Position numbers and translations under genes: made by a program. The notes under the pieces are model-generated. The model made no database searches. It was not told the origin of the DNA and worked only from the letters and a program-made list of their open reading frames with translations. DNA of 64,000 nt from an actinobacterium acMicro-4 (lineage in GTDB: Bacteria > Actinomycetota > Actinomycetes > Actinomycetales > Microbacteriaceae), in contig JNSD01000001.1 in the NCBI GenBank assembly GCA_000754445.1, positions 9,351 through 73,350 of the forward strand, written 5' to 3'. Shown one piece after another: positions 52,280 through 64,000 of the stretch; position 1 is the first letter of the stretch; each line of letters opens with the position of its first letter.

Positions 52280-52937
52280 CGCACTGTTTGACTGTCGCGA
52301 ACCCGCCGAGCTGCTCGAGGGTATGCGAAAGGCCAGAATGGCAATCGGTCGGGGGAAGGTCGTCTGTGTTCCCACCGACACGGTCTATGGGCTGGTGGCC
52401 GATGCGTTTAAACCAAGTGCGACGAAAGCTCTGAGAGATGCCAGAGGTATGGGGGAGAATGACCCGCTCGGCGTATTGCTGCCGGGGATTCCGACGCTTC
52501 GCGCGCTTGCCGACAACGTCCCCGACGAAGTTCACGCTCTAGCCGGGGAATTCTGGCCAGGTGCACTCACGATCATCACCGCCGCAGGGGAGTCGTTGAT
52601 GTGGGATTTGGGGAACACGCAGGGGACAGTGGCTTTGCGGATGCCCTCGGAGCGCATTGTTTTAGAACTCCTCAGTGAAACAGGTCCCCTGGTGGCCTCG
52701 AGTGCTTACCGCGTCGGGGAGACCGGGGGGCTCCGCGCTGAGGACGCCGAGGCCACGTTCGGCGACGATGTGGCTGTCTATTTGTCCTCCGGGGCCACTT
52801 ATTCCCCTGGTGCGCTCTCGACCGTCGTGGACGCCACTGGCCTTGATAAGCCAGGCGGCAGGCTTCGCCTGGTCCGAGAAGGGGCGATTCCTTCGACTGA
52901 TATCTATGCCGTCGTGGATGTTTCCAGATTCGGTTAA
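52272..52937 (+). CDS. Second TsaC/Sua5 paralog with altered catalytic motifs
   Basis: PTDTVYG and WDLG..GTVA.RMP retained; KGR replaced by RGM, SSAN by SSAY. Confidence 0.8.
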   Translation: MSNALFDCREPAELLEGMRKARMAIGRGKVVCVPTDTVYGLVADAFKPSATKALRDARGMGENDPLGVLLPGIPTLRALADNVPDEVHALAGEFWPGALTIITAAGESLMWDLGNTQGTVALRMPSERIVLELLSETGPLVASSAYRVGETGGLRAEDAEATFGDDVAVYLSSGATYSPGALSTVVDATGLDKPGGRLRLVREGAIPSTDIYAVVDVSRFG

Positions 52938-53040
52938 ACCTCGACTCTAAGGCCGATTGGTGCCACACCGTCAGGCTTGCTAAAGTCCTTGAAGGACGTC
53001 GTTCGCCGCGCACTCGTGCGCCCCGAAACTGGAGACAGCG

Positions 53041-53856
53041 CTGTTAGCAGAAGCCACTGAGACCTTGCTCCAGTTAGCTGCTAGCGACTCTGGAGAGTTT
53101 GCTCCGCCCACTATCGGAGAGTTTTTTCCACCCGCCATTCTTTTTGAAGGCACCATCTTTGAGATGAACCGGATCATTCTGGTCCGCCTGGTTGCTGTTG
53201 TTGCCCTGATTCTCGTGTTCTGGCTCGGAACCAGGAAAATGAAGGTTGTCCCCGGCCGTTTTCAAGGTGTGGTGGAGATGGCGCTGAACCTGGTTCGCGT
53301 CAACATCGCTGAAGATCTCCTCGGGGAAAAAGATGGCAAGCGGTTCTTGCCACTGCTCACCAGCATCTTCTTCTTGGTGCTGTTTATGAACCTGACCGGA
53401 ATTATTCCCGGCCTCAACATTGCGGGCACCAGCGTCATTGGCATGCCGCTCGTTCTGGCTGTTGCCGCCTATGTGGCGTTCATATACGCGGGGTTGCGCA
53501 AGCACCCCGTAGCGTTCTTGAAGAACGCACTTGTTCCCCCGGGGGTGCCCTGGCCGCTCTACATCATCGTGACGCCCATTGAGTTGGTGTCGACCTTCGT
53601 ATTGCGCCCCATCACACTCACACTTCGTCTCTTGATGAACATGGTCGTTGGCCACTTCCTGCTCGTGCTGTTTTTCTCATCCACTCACTTCTTCGTGCTG
53701 TATTCCGACTCGTGGATGGCGTTCTTTGGCCTTGGCACGATTGCATTCAGTATTGCCTTCACTTTTTTCGAAATACTGGTTGCAGTACTTCAGGCCTACG
53801 TCTTTACTCTCTTGACCGCCGTCTACCTCCAGCTCGCGCTGGCGGAAGAACACTAA
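53041..53856 (+). CDS. atpB: ATP synthase F0 subunit a (start CTG 53041 or TTG 53065)
   Basis: LTLRLLMNM with conserved Arg, LQAYVF. Confidence 0.93.
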   Translation: MLAEATETLLQLAASDSGEFAPPTIGEFFPPAILFEGTIFEMNRIILVRLVAVVALILVFWLGTRKMKVVPGRFQGVVEMALNLVRVNIAEDLLGEKDGKRFLPLLTSIFFLVLFMNLTGIIPGLNIAGTSVIGMPLVLAVAAYVAFIYAGLRKHPVAFLKNALVPPGVPWPLYIIVTPIELVSTFVLRPITLTLRLLMNMVVGHFLLVLFFSSTHFFVLYSDSWMAFFGLGTIAFSIAFTFFEILVAVLQAYVFTLLTAVYLQLALAEEH

Positions 53857-54141
<285 letters not shown>

Positions 54142-54149
54142 GCCCTTTG

Positions 54150-54743
54150 ATGCACACCAACGCAATCCTTTTCGCAGCGGAAGAGAGCACGACTAATCCC
54201 CTGCTCCCAGCGATCTATGACATTGTCTGGTCGATTATTCCGTTTGCCCTGGTCTTGTTCTTGTTCTGGCGCATTGTGTTGCCCAGACTGCAGAAGACTT
54301 TGGATGAGCGTTCCAGCGTGATCGAAGGTGGCATTGCCGAGGCTGAGTCCGCTCAGGCCGAGGCGAAGAAGGCACTCGAGAAGTACACCAAGCTCCTCGC
54401 TGATGCCCGTGCGGAGGCCTCGGACATTCGTGACAAAGCCCGCCAAGAAGGTGTCGTCATTCTTCAGGAAATGAAGGAGGGCGCCCAAGCCGAAGCCAAT
54501 CGCATTGCCCAGGCCGCAACAGCCCAAATCGAAGCCGAACGCCACCAGGCCGTGCTCTCCCTGCGCAAAGAGGTTGGGGCTCTCGCGCTGGATCTCGCTG
54601 CCGCTGTGGTTCAGGAGCGACTGAGCGAAGATGCGAAAGCCGCCTCGGTCGTTGACCGTCTGCTTGCTGACCTGGACAAAGAACAGACTGGCTCGGACAA
54701 GGCCGCAGCGAAGGCTCCAGCGAAAAAGAAGGCGACAACCTAA
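54150..54743 (+). CDS. atpF: ATP synthase F0 subunit b
   Basis: N-terminal TM plus coiled coil; operon position. Confidence 0.93.
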   Translation: MHTNAILFAAEESTTNPLLPAIYDIVWSIIPFALVLFLFWRIVLPRLQKTLDERSSVIEGGIAEAESAQAEAKKALEKYTKLLADARAEASDIRDKARQEGVVILQEMKEGAQAEANRIAQAATAQIEAERHQAVLSLRKEVGALALDLAAAVVQERLSEDAKAASVVDRLLADLDKEQTGSDKAAAKAPAKKKATT

Positions 54744-54745
54744 CA

Positions 54746-55537
54746 ATGGGCGCTCAAACCAGACAATCCCTCGACCAGGCCAGGACTCTCCTGGCCGGTC
54801 GCAGCGCGCTTGGTCTTCCGCTTGCGGAACATCTCTTTTCCGCTGCACTAGGGCTGTCGGGTTCCCCTGCGTTGCGCAGCGCGCTGAGTGATTCAGCCTC
54901 TGAGGCCTCGACCCGGAAAAATCTTGCAGCCCAGGCATTCGCATCGCTGTCCACCGATGCGAAGCAGGTCATCGACGGTCTCGTGTCGATGCGGTGGTCG
55001 AGGGCTGAAGACCTGCAGGGCGCCCTGGAGGATCTCGGAATTCGGGTCTGTTCAGGCAGTGCTGATGCGAAGACTGATCTAGTCGGTGAGCTTTTGGCTA
55101 TCTCGTCACTCGTGCACTCCAATGCCGAACTCGAGTTGGGTTTGGGGTCAAAGCGCGCCAGCGCACAAGCTCGTGCCAATCTCATGGGTTCGCTCTTGGG
55201 TAAGAAGGTCTCTGGGGAAGCTTTGGCAATTGCCCGCCATCTGGTCTCTGACCCCCGTGGCCGTCGCATCGGAGCAATGTTGCAGTCAGCGGCGGTGACG
55301 GTTGCAGACCACCACGGCAAAGGACTTGCCGTGGTGAGTGTTGCCAAGTCTTTGAGTTCTGCCCAGCGCGAGAACGTCTCGAAGCTACTGCGCAAAAACT
55401 ATGGCCGCGACCATTACGTGGCCGAGGTGCAGAACCCCGACGTCATCGGAGGAATGAAGATTCGCGTTGGCAACGACGTGATTGATGGCAGTATCCAAGC
55501 CCGTTTACAAGACCTCAGAACACAACTTGCTGGCTAA
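54746..55537 (+). CDS. atpH: ATP synthase F1 delta (long actinobacterial form)
   Basis: IGGMKIRVG..VIDGS. Confidence 0.92.
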   Translation: MGAQTRQSLDQARTLLAGRSALGLPLAEHLFSAALGLSGSPALRSALSDSASEASTRKNLAAQAFASLSTDAKQVIDGLVSMRWSRAEDLQGALEDLGIRVCSGSADAKTDLVGELLAISSLVHSNAELELGLGSKRASAQARANLMGSLLGKKVSGEALAIARHLVSDPRGRRIGAMLQSAAVTVADHHGKGLAVVSVAKSLSSAQRENVSKLLRKNYGRDHYVAEVQNPDVIGGMKIRVGNDVIDGSIQARLQDLRTQLAG

Positions 55538-55585
55538 CCCCGGCGCCTCGCACGTGAGAGACGAATCACAACAAAAGGAAGAACC

Positions 55586-57223
55586 ATGGCAGAACTAACA
55601 ATCAACCCGGACGACATCCGCGATGCTCTGAAGAAGTTCGCGAAGTCGTATGACCCGGGAACGGCTGCGACATCCGAGGTCGGCCACGTCATCGATGCCG
55701 CTGACGGTATTTGCCACGTTGAAGGACTCCCCGGTGTCATGGCCAACGAGCTAGTCAAGTTTGCCGATGGAACCCTGGGCCTCGCTCAGAACCTCGATGA
55801 GAACGAGATTGGTGTGGTTATCCTCGGTCAGTTCGCCGGCGTTGAGGCCGGTATGGAGGTTACCAGGACCGGCGAAGTTCTCTCGGTGCCAGTCGGCGAT
55901 GGCTACCTCGGCCGTGTTGTTGACCCGCTGGGTAATCCTATTGATGGCCTTGGCGCGATCAAGTCCGAAGCCCGTCGCGCGCTCGAACTTCAGGCCCCCG
56001 GCGTTATGGCCAGGCGGAGCGTTCACGAGCCGCTTCAGACAGGAATCAAGGCAATTGACGCCATGATTCCGGTGGGCCGCGGACAGCGTCAGCTCATCAT
56101 TGGTGACCGCCAGACGGGTAAGACCGCTATTGCCGTGGACACGATTATCAACCAGAAGGCAAACTGGGCAACCGGTGACCCCACCAAGCAGGTTCGCTGC
56201 ATCTACGTGGCAATTGGCCAGAAGGGTTCCACCATCGCTGGTGTGAAGGGTGCTCTGGAAGAAGCCGGCGCCATGGAGTACACGACGATTGTCGCCGCTC
56301 CGGCGTCTGACCCCGCAGGTTTCAAGTACTTGGCCCCCTACACCGGCTCTGCGATTGGGCAGCACTGGATGTATAACTCCAAGCACGTGCTGATCATCTT
56401 CGATGACCTCTCCAAGCAGGCTGAGGCCTACCGTGCAGTGTCACTGTTGTTGCGCCGTCCTCCCGGCCGCGAGGCATACCCCGGTGACGTCTTCTACTTA
56501 CACTCCCGTCTGCTCGAGCGCTGTGCAAAGCTCTCTGACGAAATGGGTGGCGGTTCGATGACCGGTCTGCCGATTATCGAAACCAAGGCCAACGACGTAT
56601 CTGCTTTTATCCCCACCAACGTGATTTCGATCACCGATGGGCAGATTTTCTTGCAGTCGGATCTGTTCCTCGCAAACCAGCGCCCCGCTGTGGACGTGGG
56701 TATCTCGGTCTCCCGGGTGGGTGGCGACGCTCAAGTGAAGTCCATCAAGTCGGTCTCTGGAACCCTCAAGCTTGAGCTTGCCCAATACCGCTCCTTGGAA
56801 GCCTTCGCTATGTTCGCCTCCGACCTCGACGCGGCTAGCCGTCGTCAGCTCGAGCGCGGTGCACGCTTGACCGAACTGTTGAAGCAGCCCCAGTACTCGC
56901 CCTACCCCGTCGAGGAGCAGGTTGTGTCGATCTGGGCTGGCACCAACGGCAAGCTCGACACCATTGCGGTGGCGGATGTGCTCAAGTTCGAAGCCGAACT
57001 TCTCGACCACCTTCGTCGCAACACGAAGATTCTTGACACTTTGCGCACGACCAACGTGCTCGACGATGACACCAAGGCAGAGTTGGAGAAGGAAGTCGAC
57101 AAGTTCGTGATTGCCTTCCAGGCCAGTGGTGCAGAGGGTCTCGGTAAGCCCGGTAGCGAAGAATTCGACGCTATCGAGTCAGCAGACATCAACCAGGAAA
57201 AGATCGTCAAGCGCAAGCGCTAG
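55586..57223 (+). CDS. atpA: ATP synthase F1 alpha
   Basis: [21 protein letters not shown]. Confidence 0.98.
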   Translation: MAELTINPDDIRDALKKFAKSYDPGTAATSEVGHVIDAADGICHVEGLPGVMANELVKFADGTLGLAQNLDENEIGVVILGQFAGVEAGMEVTRTGEVLSVPVGDGYLGRVVDPLGNPIDGLGAIKSEARRALELQAPGVMARRSVHEPLQTGIKAIDAMIPVGRGQRQLIIGDRQTGKTAIAVDTIINQKANWATGDPTKQVRCIYVAIGQKGSTIAGVKGALEEAGAMEYTTIVAAPASDPAGFKYLAPYTGSAIGQHWMYNSKHVLIIFDDLSKQAEAYRAVSLLLRRPPGREAYPGDVFYLHSRLLERCAKLSDEMGGGSMTGLPIIETKANDVSAFIPTNVISITDGQIFLQSDLFLANQRPAVDVGISVSRVGGDAQVKSIKSVSGTLKLELAQYRSLEAFAMFASDLDAASRRQLERGARLTELLKQPQYSPYPVEEQVVSIWAGTNGKLDTIAVADVLKFEAELLDHLRRNTKILDTLRTTNVLDDDTKAELEKEVDKFVIAFQASGAEGLGKPGSEEFDAIESADINQEKIVKRKR

Positions 57224-57252
57224 ACGACACTGAGCTAGAGGACTAGGCAACT

Positions 57253-59608
<2,356 letters not shown>

Positions 59609-59610
59609 TA

Positions 59611-59874
59611 GTGGCTGGCATCCTTCAGGTCACGGTGGTCTCCGCCACCGCTGGGGTGTGGTCGGGTGAGGCCACCATGGTCGTCGCCCGCACCACCGAG
59701 GGGGAAATTGGGATTCTCGCGGGGCACGAGCCAACCCTCGGCGTTCTCGCGGCGGGTGAAGTCCGCATCACGACCCCAAGCGGCGAGAAAGTCACTGCCA
59801 AGGCAGAGGACGGATTCCTCTCCGTGGATAACAACCAGGTGACCATCGTTGCCGGACTGGCAGAGATTATTTAG
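59611..59874 (+). CDS. atpC: ATP synthase F1 epsilon, beta-sandwich only
   Basis: GEIGILAGHEP, GFLSV. Confidence 0.93.
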   Translation: MAGILQVTVVSATAGVWSGEATMVVARTTEGEIGILAGHEPTLGVLAAGEVRITTPSGEKVTAKAEDGFLSVDNNQVTIVAGLAEII

Positions 59875-59877
59875 CCC

Positions 59878-60633
59878 ATGATGATCCTTCTGCCTCCCTC
59901 AGAGACCAAGGTTTCGGGAGGGGATGAGGGGTCACACCTGGATCTCGGGTCTCTGAGCTTCTTGGTTCAGACACCACTTCGGCAGAAGTTGGCCAATGAA
60001 CTGGTTGCTCTTGCCGGCAACCCCGCAGCGTCGCTGCGGGCCTTGAAGTTAGGCCCTAAGGGCCTGGGTGAACTGCAGCGTAACCGGGAGCTGTGGGAGG
60101 CACCGGTGATGCCAGCGCTTTCTCGATACACAGGCGTGCTCTATGACGCTCTTGGCGTCGACACCCTCGATGGCGCCTCGAGGGAGCGCGCCCTGTCGAG
60201 CATTGCCATTTTTTCAGCACTGTTTGGACTGATTCGCGCTAGTGACCGGATTCCGGCGTATCGTCTGTCCTTCGACTCTGCCCTGCCTGGGGGAAAGCCC
60301 GGGAGGATGTGGGGGCCTGGGGCCTCCGAGTTGTGGGCGTCAGTCGATGAGTTCGTTCTCGATCTTCGTAGCGAGGGGTATCGCAGCCTGTCTCCGTTGT
60401 CAGAGGGCCGGGGCGTATTCGTATCGCTCGTGAAAGAGGGCTCTGTGGGCTCCAGGGTTGCCATCGGGCATCACAACAAAGCAGTCAAGGGACGCCTTGT
60501 GCGCGACCTGGTGACTTCTGGGGCAGTAATCACCTCAGTCGAGGAGCTCTGCCAGTGGGGGAGTGCCCACGGCCACAACTTTGACGAGGCTAGTGCTCAG
60601 TCCGGATCGATTGAGCTGGTCGTGGCGGTTTAG
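59878..60633 (+). CDS. yaaA: Peroxide stress protein YaaA
   Basis: LLPPSETK, RYTGVLY, SALFG, YRL, KAVKG. Confidence 0.88.
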   Translation: MMILLPPSETKVSGGDEGSHLDLGSLSFLVQTPLRQKLANELVALAGNPAASLRALKLGPKGLGELQRNRELWEAPVMPALSRYTGVLYDALGVDTLDGASRERALSSIAIFSALFGLIRASDRIPAYRLSFDSALPGGKPGRMWGPGASELWASVDEFVLDLRSEGYRSLSPLSEGRGVFVSLVKEGSVGSRVAIGHHNKAVKGRLVRDLVTSGAVITSVEELCQWGSAHGHNFDEASAQSGSIELVVAV

Positions 60634-61109
60634 CGAAAAGGGATGCCTTCGTGGTGCAAGAGTTTCGCTTTTGTGGGAATCCCCTCGCCCCCGCTGTAGC
60701 CGGTAATGTTGCCACTCGCTCCAAGAATGCGGTGACAGGGGACAATGATGGGGATGGGGTTGCGGCCCACCGCTCCGCCAACAGCCCGGGGCGCGCGACC
60801 CACCCCGGCTCTCTGGCCCAGCTCGTCGTAGGTGAGAGTGTGGCCAAACGGAATGGTCGCAAGCGTTGCCCAGATGGCCTCTTGGAACGTGGTTCCGGAA
60901 TATGCCAGTGGCAGGTCAAATACTGTGCGCTCACCGGCGAAATACTCTCCGAGCTGCACCGTGGCCTCGCCGAGAACGTTCGCATCGGTGGGGTTGATGC
61001 TCTGCTTAGGTGAGGGGCTTTGCCCAATAGTCACAGCGGTGATGGTCTGGTTGCTCGCGGCAATAGTCAACGCTCCGAGCGGCGAATCCATGGTCAAGGA
61101 TGAGGTCAT
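60630..61109 (-). CDS. ogt: Methylated-DNA--protein-cysteine methyltransferase
   Basis: RAVG.A..RNP, active-site PCHR. Confidence 0.93.
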   Translation of the reverse strand: MTSSLTMDSPLGALTIAASNQTITAVTIGQSPSPKQSINPTDANVLGEATVQLGEYFAGERTVFDLPLAYSGTTFQEAIWATLATIPFGHTLTYDELGQRAGVGRAPRAVGGAVGRNPIPIIVPCHRILGASGNITGYSGGEGIPTKAKLLHHEGIPFR

Positions 61110-62223
61110 GTGTTGAGGGTACATCGATTCCGCAACACCCGCCGGCGCCCCGGAAACCAAAGGACGACTGCTCCAGGTCGGTGTCCTGTGGAGAAAGTTC
61201 CTCTTCCTCACGAAGTCTCACGTTGATGCCCTGGTTCAACTCGGACACCTCGGAATTTAGACGATTGAGCTCGTCGAGCCGCTCGTTGTATTCGGTGATT
61301 TTTGTCTGCAGGCTGACCCTCATTGATTCAAGCCGTGATTGTCGCTCCACCAGTGCGTTCCTCGTGGACTCGAATTCCGATCGGGAGGGGAAAGCACCGG
61401 GTTGTGATGCTCGTTCGTTGAACGAAAGAATTGCCGCGTTGAGGTTGCTCTGCTCTGCTTCATAGGCAAAGCGCAGGCCTTCTATTTCAGCTGCGCGTGA
61501 TTCAAGTTCTTGGGCGAGCGCAGTCAGCTCAGCCTCAACAGTGTCAAACACTCGGTAGAGCTCGTCGGCGAGAGCGACCACTTTGCTGCGGTCATCGAAG
61601 TAGATGGCGTAGTGCTCCTCGAGGAGCGCTGGTAGGGGGGCAACCTCCGTGCCAAGAATCGAGTAGAGCTCGGGGATTCTGGAGGCTGGATTGTCCGCCT
61701 CATACGAGGCAATCCGGTCCCGCAGTTGGTGGTCTGCCGGCAGCGTGGCAAATCCTTCCTCGAGTAGTTTCGCAAGCCCCTCCTGTTCGGCGCCAGAAAG
61801 CCTGGCCCACGCCGAGTGGAGCATTTCGTGGGCGGCAACCACAGGTTCGATACTGGCGAGGCGATCATCGGTCACGTCATAGAGGTAAATTCGGCCATCC
61901 CGCAGGGTGTAACAGCCGAGCACCCCAATTCCTGGCTCGTTGCGGGTGCAGTAGCGATCAAATTCGTAGACCGGCACAATCTGCGGAAGCGAGGTCATGA
62001 AATAGAGCTCGCCAGTGGGAGACATTCCCGATTGGCGGGCATAGATAAGGATTTCCTCTGGTGCCTCGAATTGATAGGCCACCAACTGGTCCTTGAGATG
62101 GCGTTCGTTCGTGATGACCCAAGAAACGCCCCAGGCTGCGCCGCCTTGGAGAGCCAGCGCAGCGGTGGCGAGCACAACGAGAGTCGCGCGACCCACGCGT
62201 GAACCAATCGAGTGTTCTGCCAT
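61006..62223 (-). CDS. Membrane-anchored HEXXH (zincin-like) protein with C-terminal coiled coil
   Basis: N-terminal hydrophobic segment, LGCY, AHEMLH, downstream ELYSI glutamate, heptad-rich tail. Confidence 0.7.
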   Translation of the reverse strand: MAEHSIGSRVGRATLVVLATAALALQGGAAWGVSWVITNERHLKDQLVAYQFEAPEEILIYARQSGMSPTGELYFMTSLPQIVPVYEFDRYCTRNEPGIGVLGCYTLRDGRIYLYDVTDDRLASIEPVVAAHEMLHSAWARLSGAEQEGLAKLLEEGFATLPADHQLRDRIASYEADNPASRIPELYSILGTEVAPLPALLEEHYAIYFDDRSKVVALADELYRVFDTVEAELTALAQELESRAAEIEGLRFAYEAEQSNLNAAILSFNERASQPGAFPSRSEFESTRNALVERQSRLESMRVSLQTKITEYNERLDELNRLNSEVSELNQGINVRLREEEELSPQDTDLEQSSFGFRGAGGCCGIDVPSTHDLILDHGFAARSVDYCREQPDHHRCDYWAKPLT

Positions 62224-62274
62224 GTTCTACCCTTTCCGGCCCTCCCATTGTGACCTAGGAAGTCTTGGAAACCG

Positions 62275-62312
62275 CCGGCCACACCGACCGTGACACCGGC
62301 CGGTGTGGCCGG
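62275..62312. repeat. 16-bp inverted repeat (one mismatch) in a divergent intergenic region
   Basis: CCGGCCACACCGACCG-TGACAC-CGGCCGGTGTGGCCGG. Confidence 0.8.
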
Positions 62313-62368
62313 GGAAGGGCTGTGTGTGCTCCCGTGGTGTCTCGAATCGCCCCGGTAATCTTTGCCAC

Positions 62369-63073
62369 ATGAGTCTTTTTGATGCCACAGAGGTGCGACC
62401 ACCTGCGCCCTGTTCCCGATGTGGCGAAATGATTCACGCGAGCAGTCTGTTTTGCCCACAGTGCGGTCAGTCGAGTGTCCGTCCCAAACCAGCCCCTCCT
62501 GCGGCAAAGAACCTGCCGGCCCCAGATGCCACGGCCACGCCAGAGCCAGAACCTGAGGTTGACGCGCCAGCCAGCACGACGGGGTGGCTACGGCGAAGCC
62601 TGTCTCTGGGCAAAAAACCTGAGGCTCCCGCGGAAGAGAAAGACCAGCTCCCAGCGACCTCTGACCCAGACACTCAGCCGATGTCGCTTTTTGACATCGA
62701 GCAGGCTGAAGCACTCGCGCAAGACACGGCACCGAGGCAGGCTCAGGTTGCTAGTACTTTCACCCTCCTCTTTGACGATGGCAGCGTAGTTACTGTGGGA
62801 GAGGCCCCCGGTGTGATGGGGGTAAAGCCCGTGGTAGAGGGTGACACGGTGCTGAGGGTCTTTCTGGATGACCCCACCGACACTGTCGCCCCCGAGCACT
62901 GCGAGTTCGGGGTGGAAAACCGGGTGTTTTGGGTGAGGGATGTGAAAACAGTGAACGGGACCGTCGTTGAAGAACCGGGATCTCCCCCTCTGCAGTGCAT
63001 TCCCTATGACAAGTACTTCGTCGTGCGAGGATCCCGGGTGGGTCTTGGCTCGCTGTTCTTCACCCTCCAGTAG
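62369..63073 (+). CDS. Zinc-ribbon plus FHA-like domain protein
   Basis: CSRC...CPQC, Pro/Ala-rich linker, V.D..TVNGT FHA core. Confidence 0.75.
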   Translation: MSLFDATEVRPPAPCSRCGEMIHASSLFCPQCGQSSVRPKPAPPAAKNLPAPDATATPEPEPEVDAPASTTGWLRRSLSLGKKPEAPAEEKDQLPATSDPDTQPMSLFDIEQAEALAQDTAPRQAQVASTFTLLFDDGSVVTVGEAPGVMGVKPVVEGDTVLRVFLDDPTDTVAPEHCEFGVENRVFWVRDVKTVNGTVVEEPGSPPLQCIPYDKYFVVRGSRVGLGSLFFTLQ

Positions 63074-63165
63074 ATCAGTTGTCCACCGAGTTTCGCGCGC
63101 TAGCTAGTTCGCCACCCTGAGCTGGCTATCTACGCCTCACCTTCCCGGCGTGCTCCACTAGGGCG

Positions 63166-64000
63166 GTGTTTCCTGGGCCTCCTCCTGCGCCACCTGCCCC
63201 ACCCGAGAACGCACCGCTACCCACACTTCCGATGCTGGCACCGGTGGCGGTAGCCCTCGTGTTAGCGCTCGTGTTTCAGTCAGCACTTGCGCTCCTGATG
63301 GGAGTCATCGGCCCTCTGATGGTGGTGGGTGGCTGGTGGGAATCTAGACGACGAGGCGCACTGAAGCACAGTGCTGCCCTTCTGGAGTTTGAGGACCAGC
63401 TCGTGGAACACGAAGGGGTGGTGGAGCGTGCCAGACGAGACGTTCGTGATCGGGCCACGCGGCTCCATCCTGGAATCCAGGACTGGGCACACGATGCCCT
63501 GTGGCGGGGTCCTCCACCGGCAACCGAGACACTGAGCGTTGGGCACACGCGCTGGTATCCACCCCCTGGACATCCCCTGGCTGGCACGGGAGCTATCGGT
63601 GGAATGCCTGCCCTGGTCGACATGACCAGAGGGTTAGCGCTGGTGGCCTCTGATGACCAGCACAGTCTGTGGCGCGCGTTAGCTCTCCAGTGGAGAGCCC
63701 ATTCCCACGCCGTCATCCCCTCCTGGGACCTGGGGGATCCACCACCGCGTGATTTTCGGGGACCTTCACGCCTGGTCTGGGTGAGCGCGACCACTGATAT
63801 TCCTGCCGATTGCCTCGCGATAGTGATTCATCGGGGTGGTGTGATGGCTGAACTGCATGTTCCAGGAGAGCCGCCCCAGGACGTCGTGCTGGCTACCCTG
63901 AGCCACGCCGAAGCGATGAGAATTCCCCGCGACAGGCTTGGAGTGAGTGACGTGGTGGACTCCGAGCCAGATCTAGCGCGCCGTGATCAACTCTGGGTCT
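63166..64000 (+). CDS. N-terminus of a probable FtsK/SpoIIIE (EccC/EssC-like) protein, runs off the window
   Basis: Open frame from GTG 63166: Pro-rich stretch, TM hairpin (..GPLMVVG), charged helix; ATPase domain not visible. Confidence 0.55.
   Translation, partial: MFPGPPPAPPAPPENAPLPTLPMLAPVAVALVLALVFQSALALLMGVIGPLMVVGGWWESRRRGALKHSAALLEFEDQLVEHEGVVERARRDVRDRATRLHPGIQDWAHDALWRGPPPATETLSVGHTRWYPPPGHPLAGTGAIGGMPALVDMTRGLALVASDDQHSLWRALALQWRAHSHAVIPSWDLGDPPPRDFRGPSRLVWVSATTDIPADCLAIVIHRGGVMAELHVPGEPPQDVVLATLSHAEAMRIPRDRLGVSDVVDSEPDLARRDQLWV

Noticed and set aside
59611-59874. Short ATP synthase epsilon without C-terminal helices as a pseudogene
   Set aside because: Short epsilon subunits are known in Micrococcales; the frame is clean
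63276-63794. Minus-strand ORFs at the window end
   Set aside because: They are shadows of the plus-strand open frame that runs off the window

Overview
High-GC actinobacterial chromosome segment. Gene content and order (ftsEX-smpB-ssrA, hisN-rsgA-aroA-sigH-rshA-kgd, argS-lysA-hom-thrC-thrB-rho-prfA-prmC-tsaC-wecA-atp) fit a Microbacteriaceae genome (inference). It is mostly housekeeping and densely packed, with tmRNA and tRNA-Arg(CCG). I see no integrase, transposase, CRISPR array or prophage. The most unusual items are: (1) a Rho factor that keeps its RNA-binding OB fold but has lost the N-terminal helical domain and several normally invariant motor residues, and sits behind a structured leader; (2) an ~11 kb polyamine uptake/catabolism cluster between the atpI-like gene and atpB, ending in a second TsaC/Sua5 paralog that has lost its catalytic motifs; (3) a two-promoter, two-start sigH layout resembling Streptomyces SigR/SigR'; (4) a probable CTG start for atpB; (5) several candidate cis-acting RNA structures at ssrA, metY-metX, lysA and atpE. 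Function calls rest on motif recognition by eye; no database searches were run.
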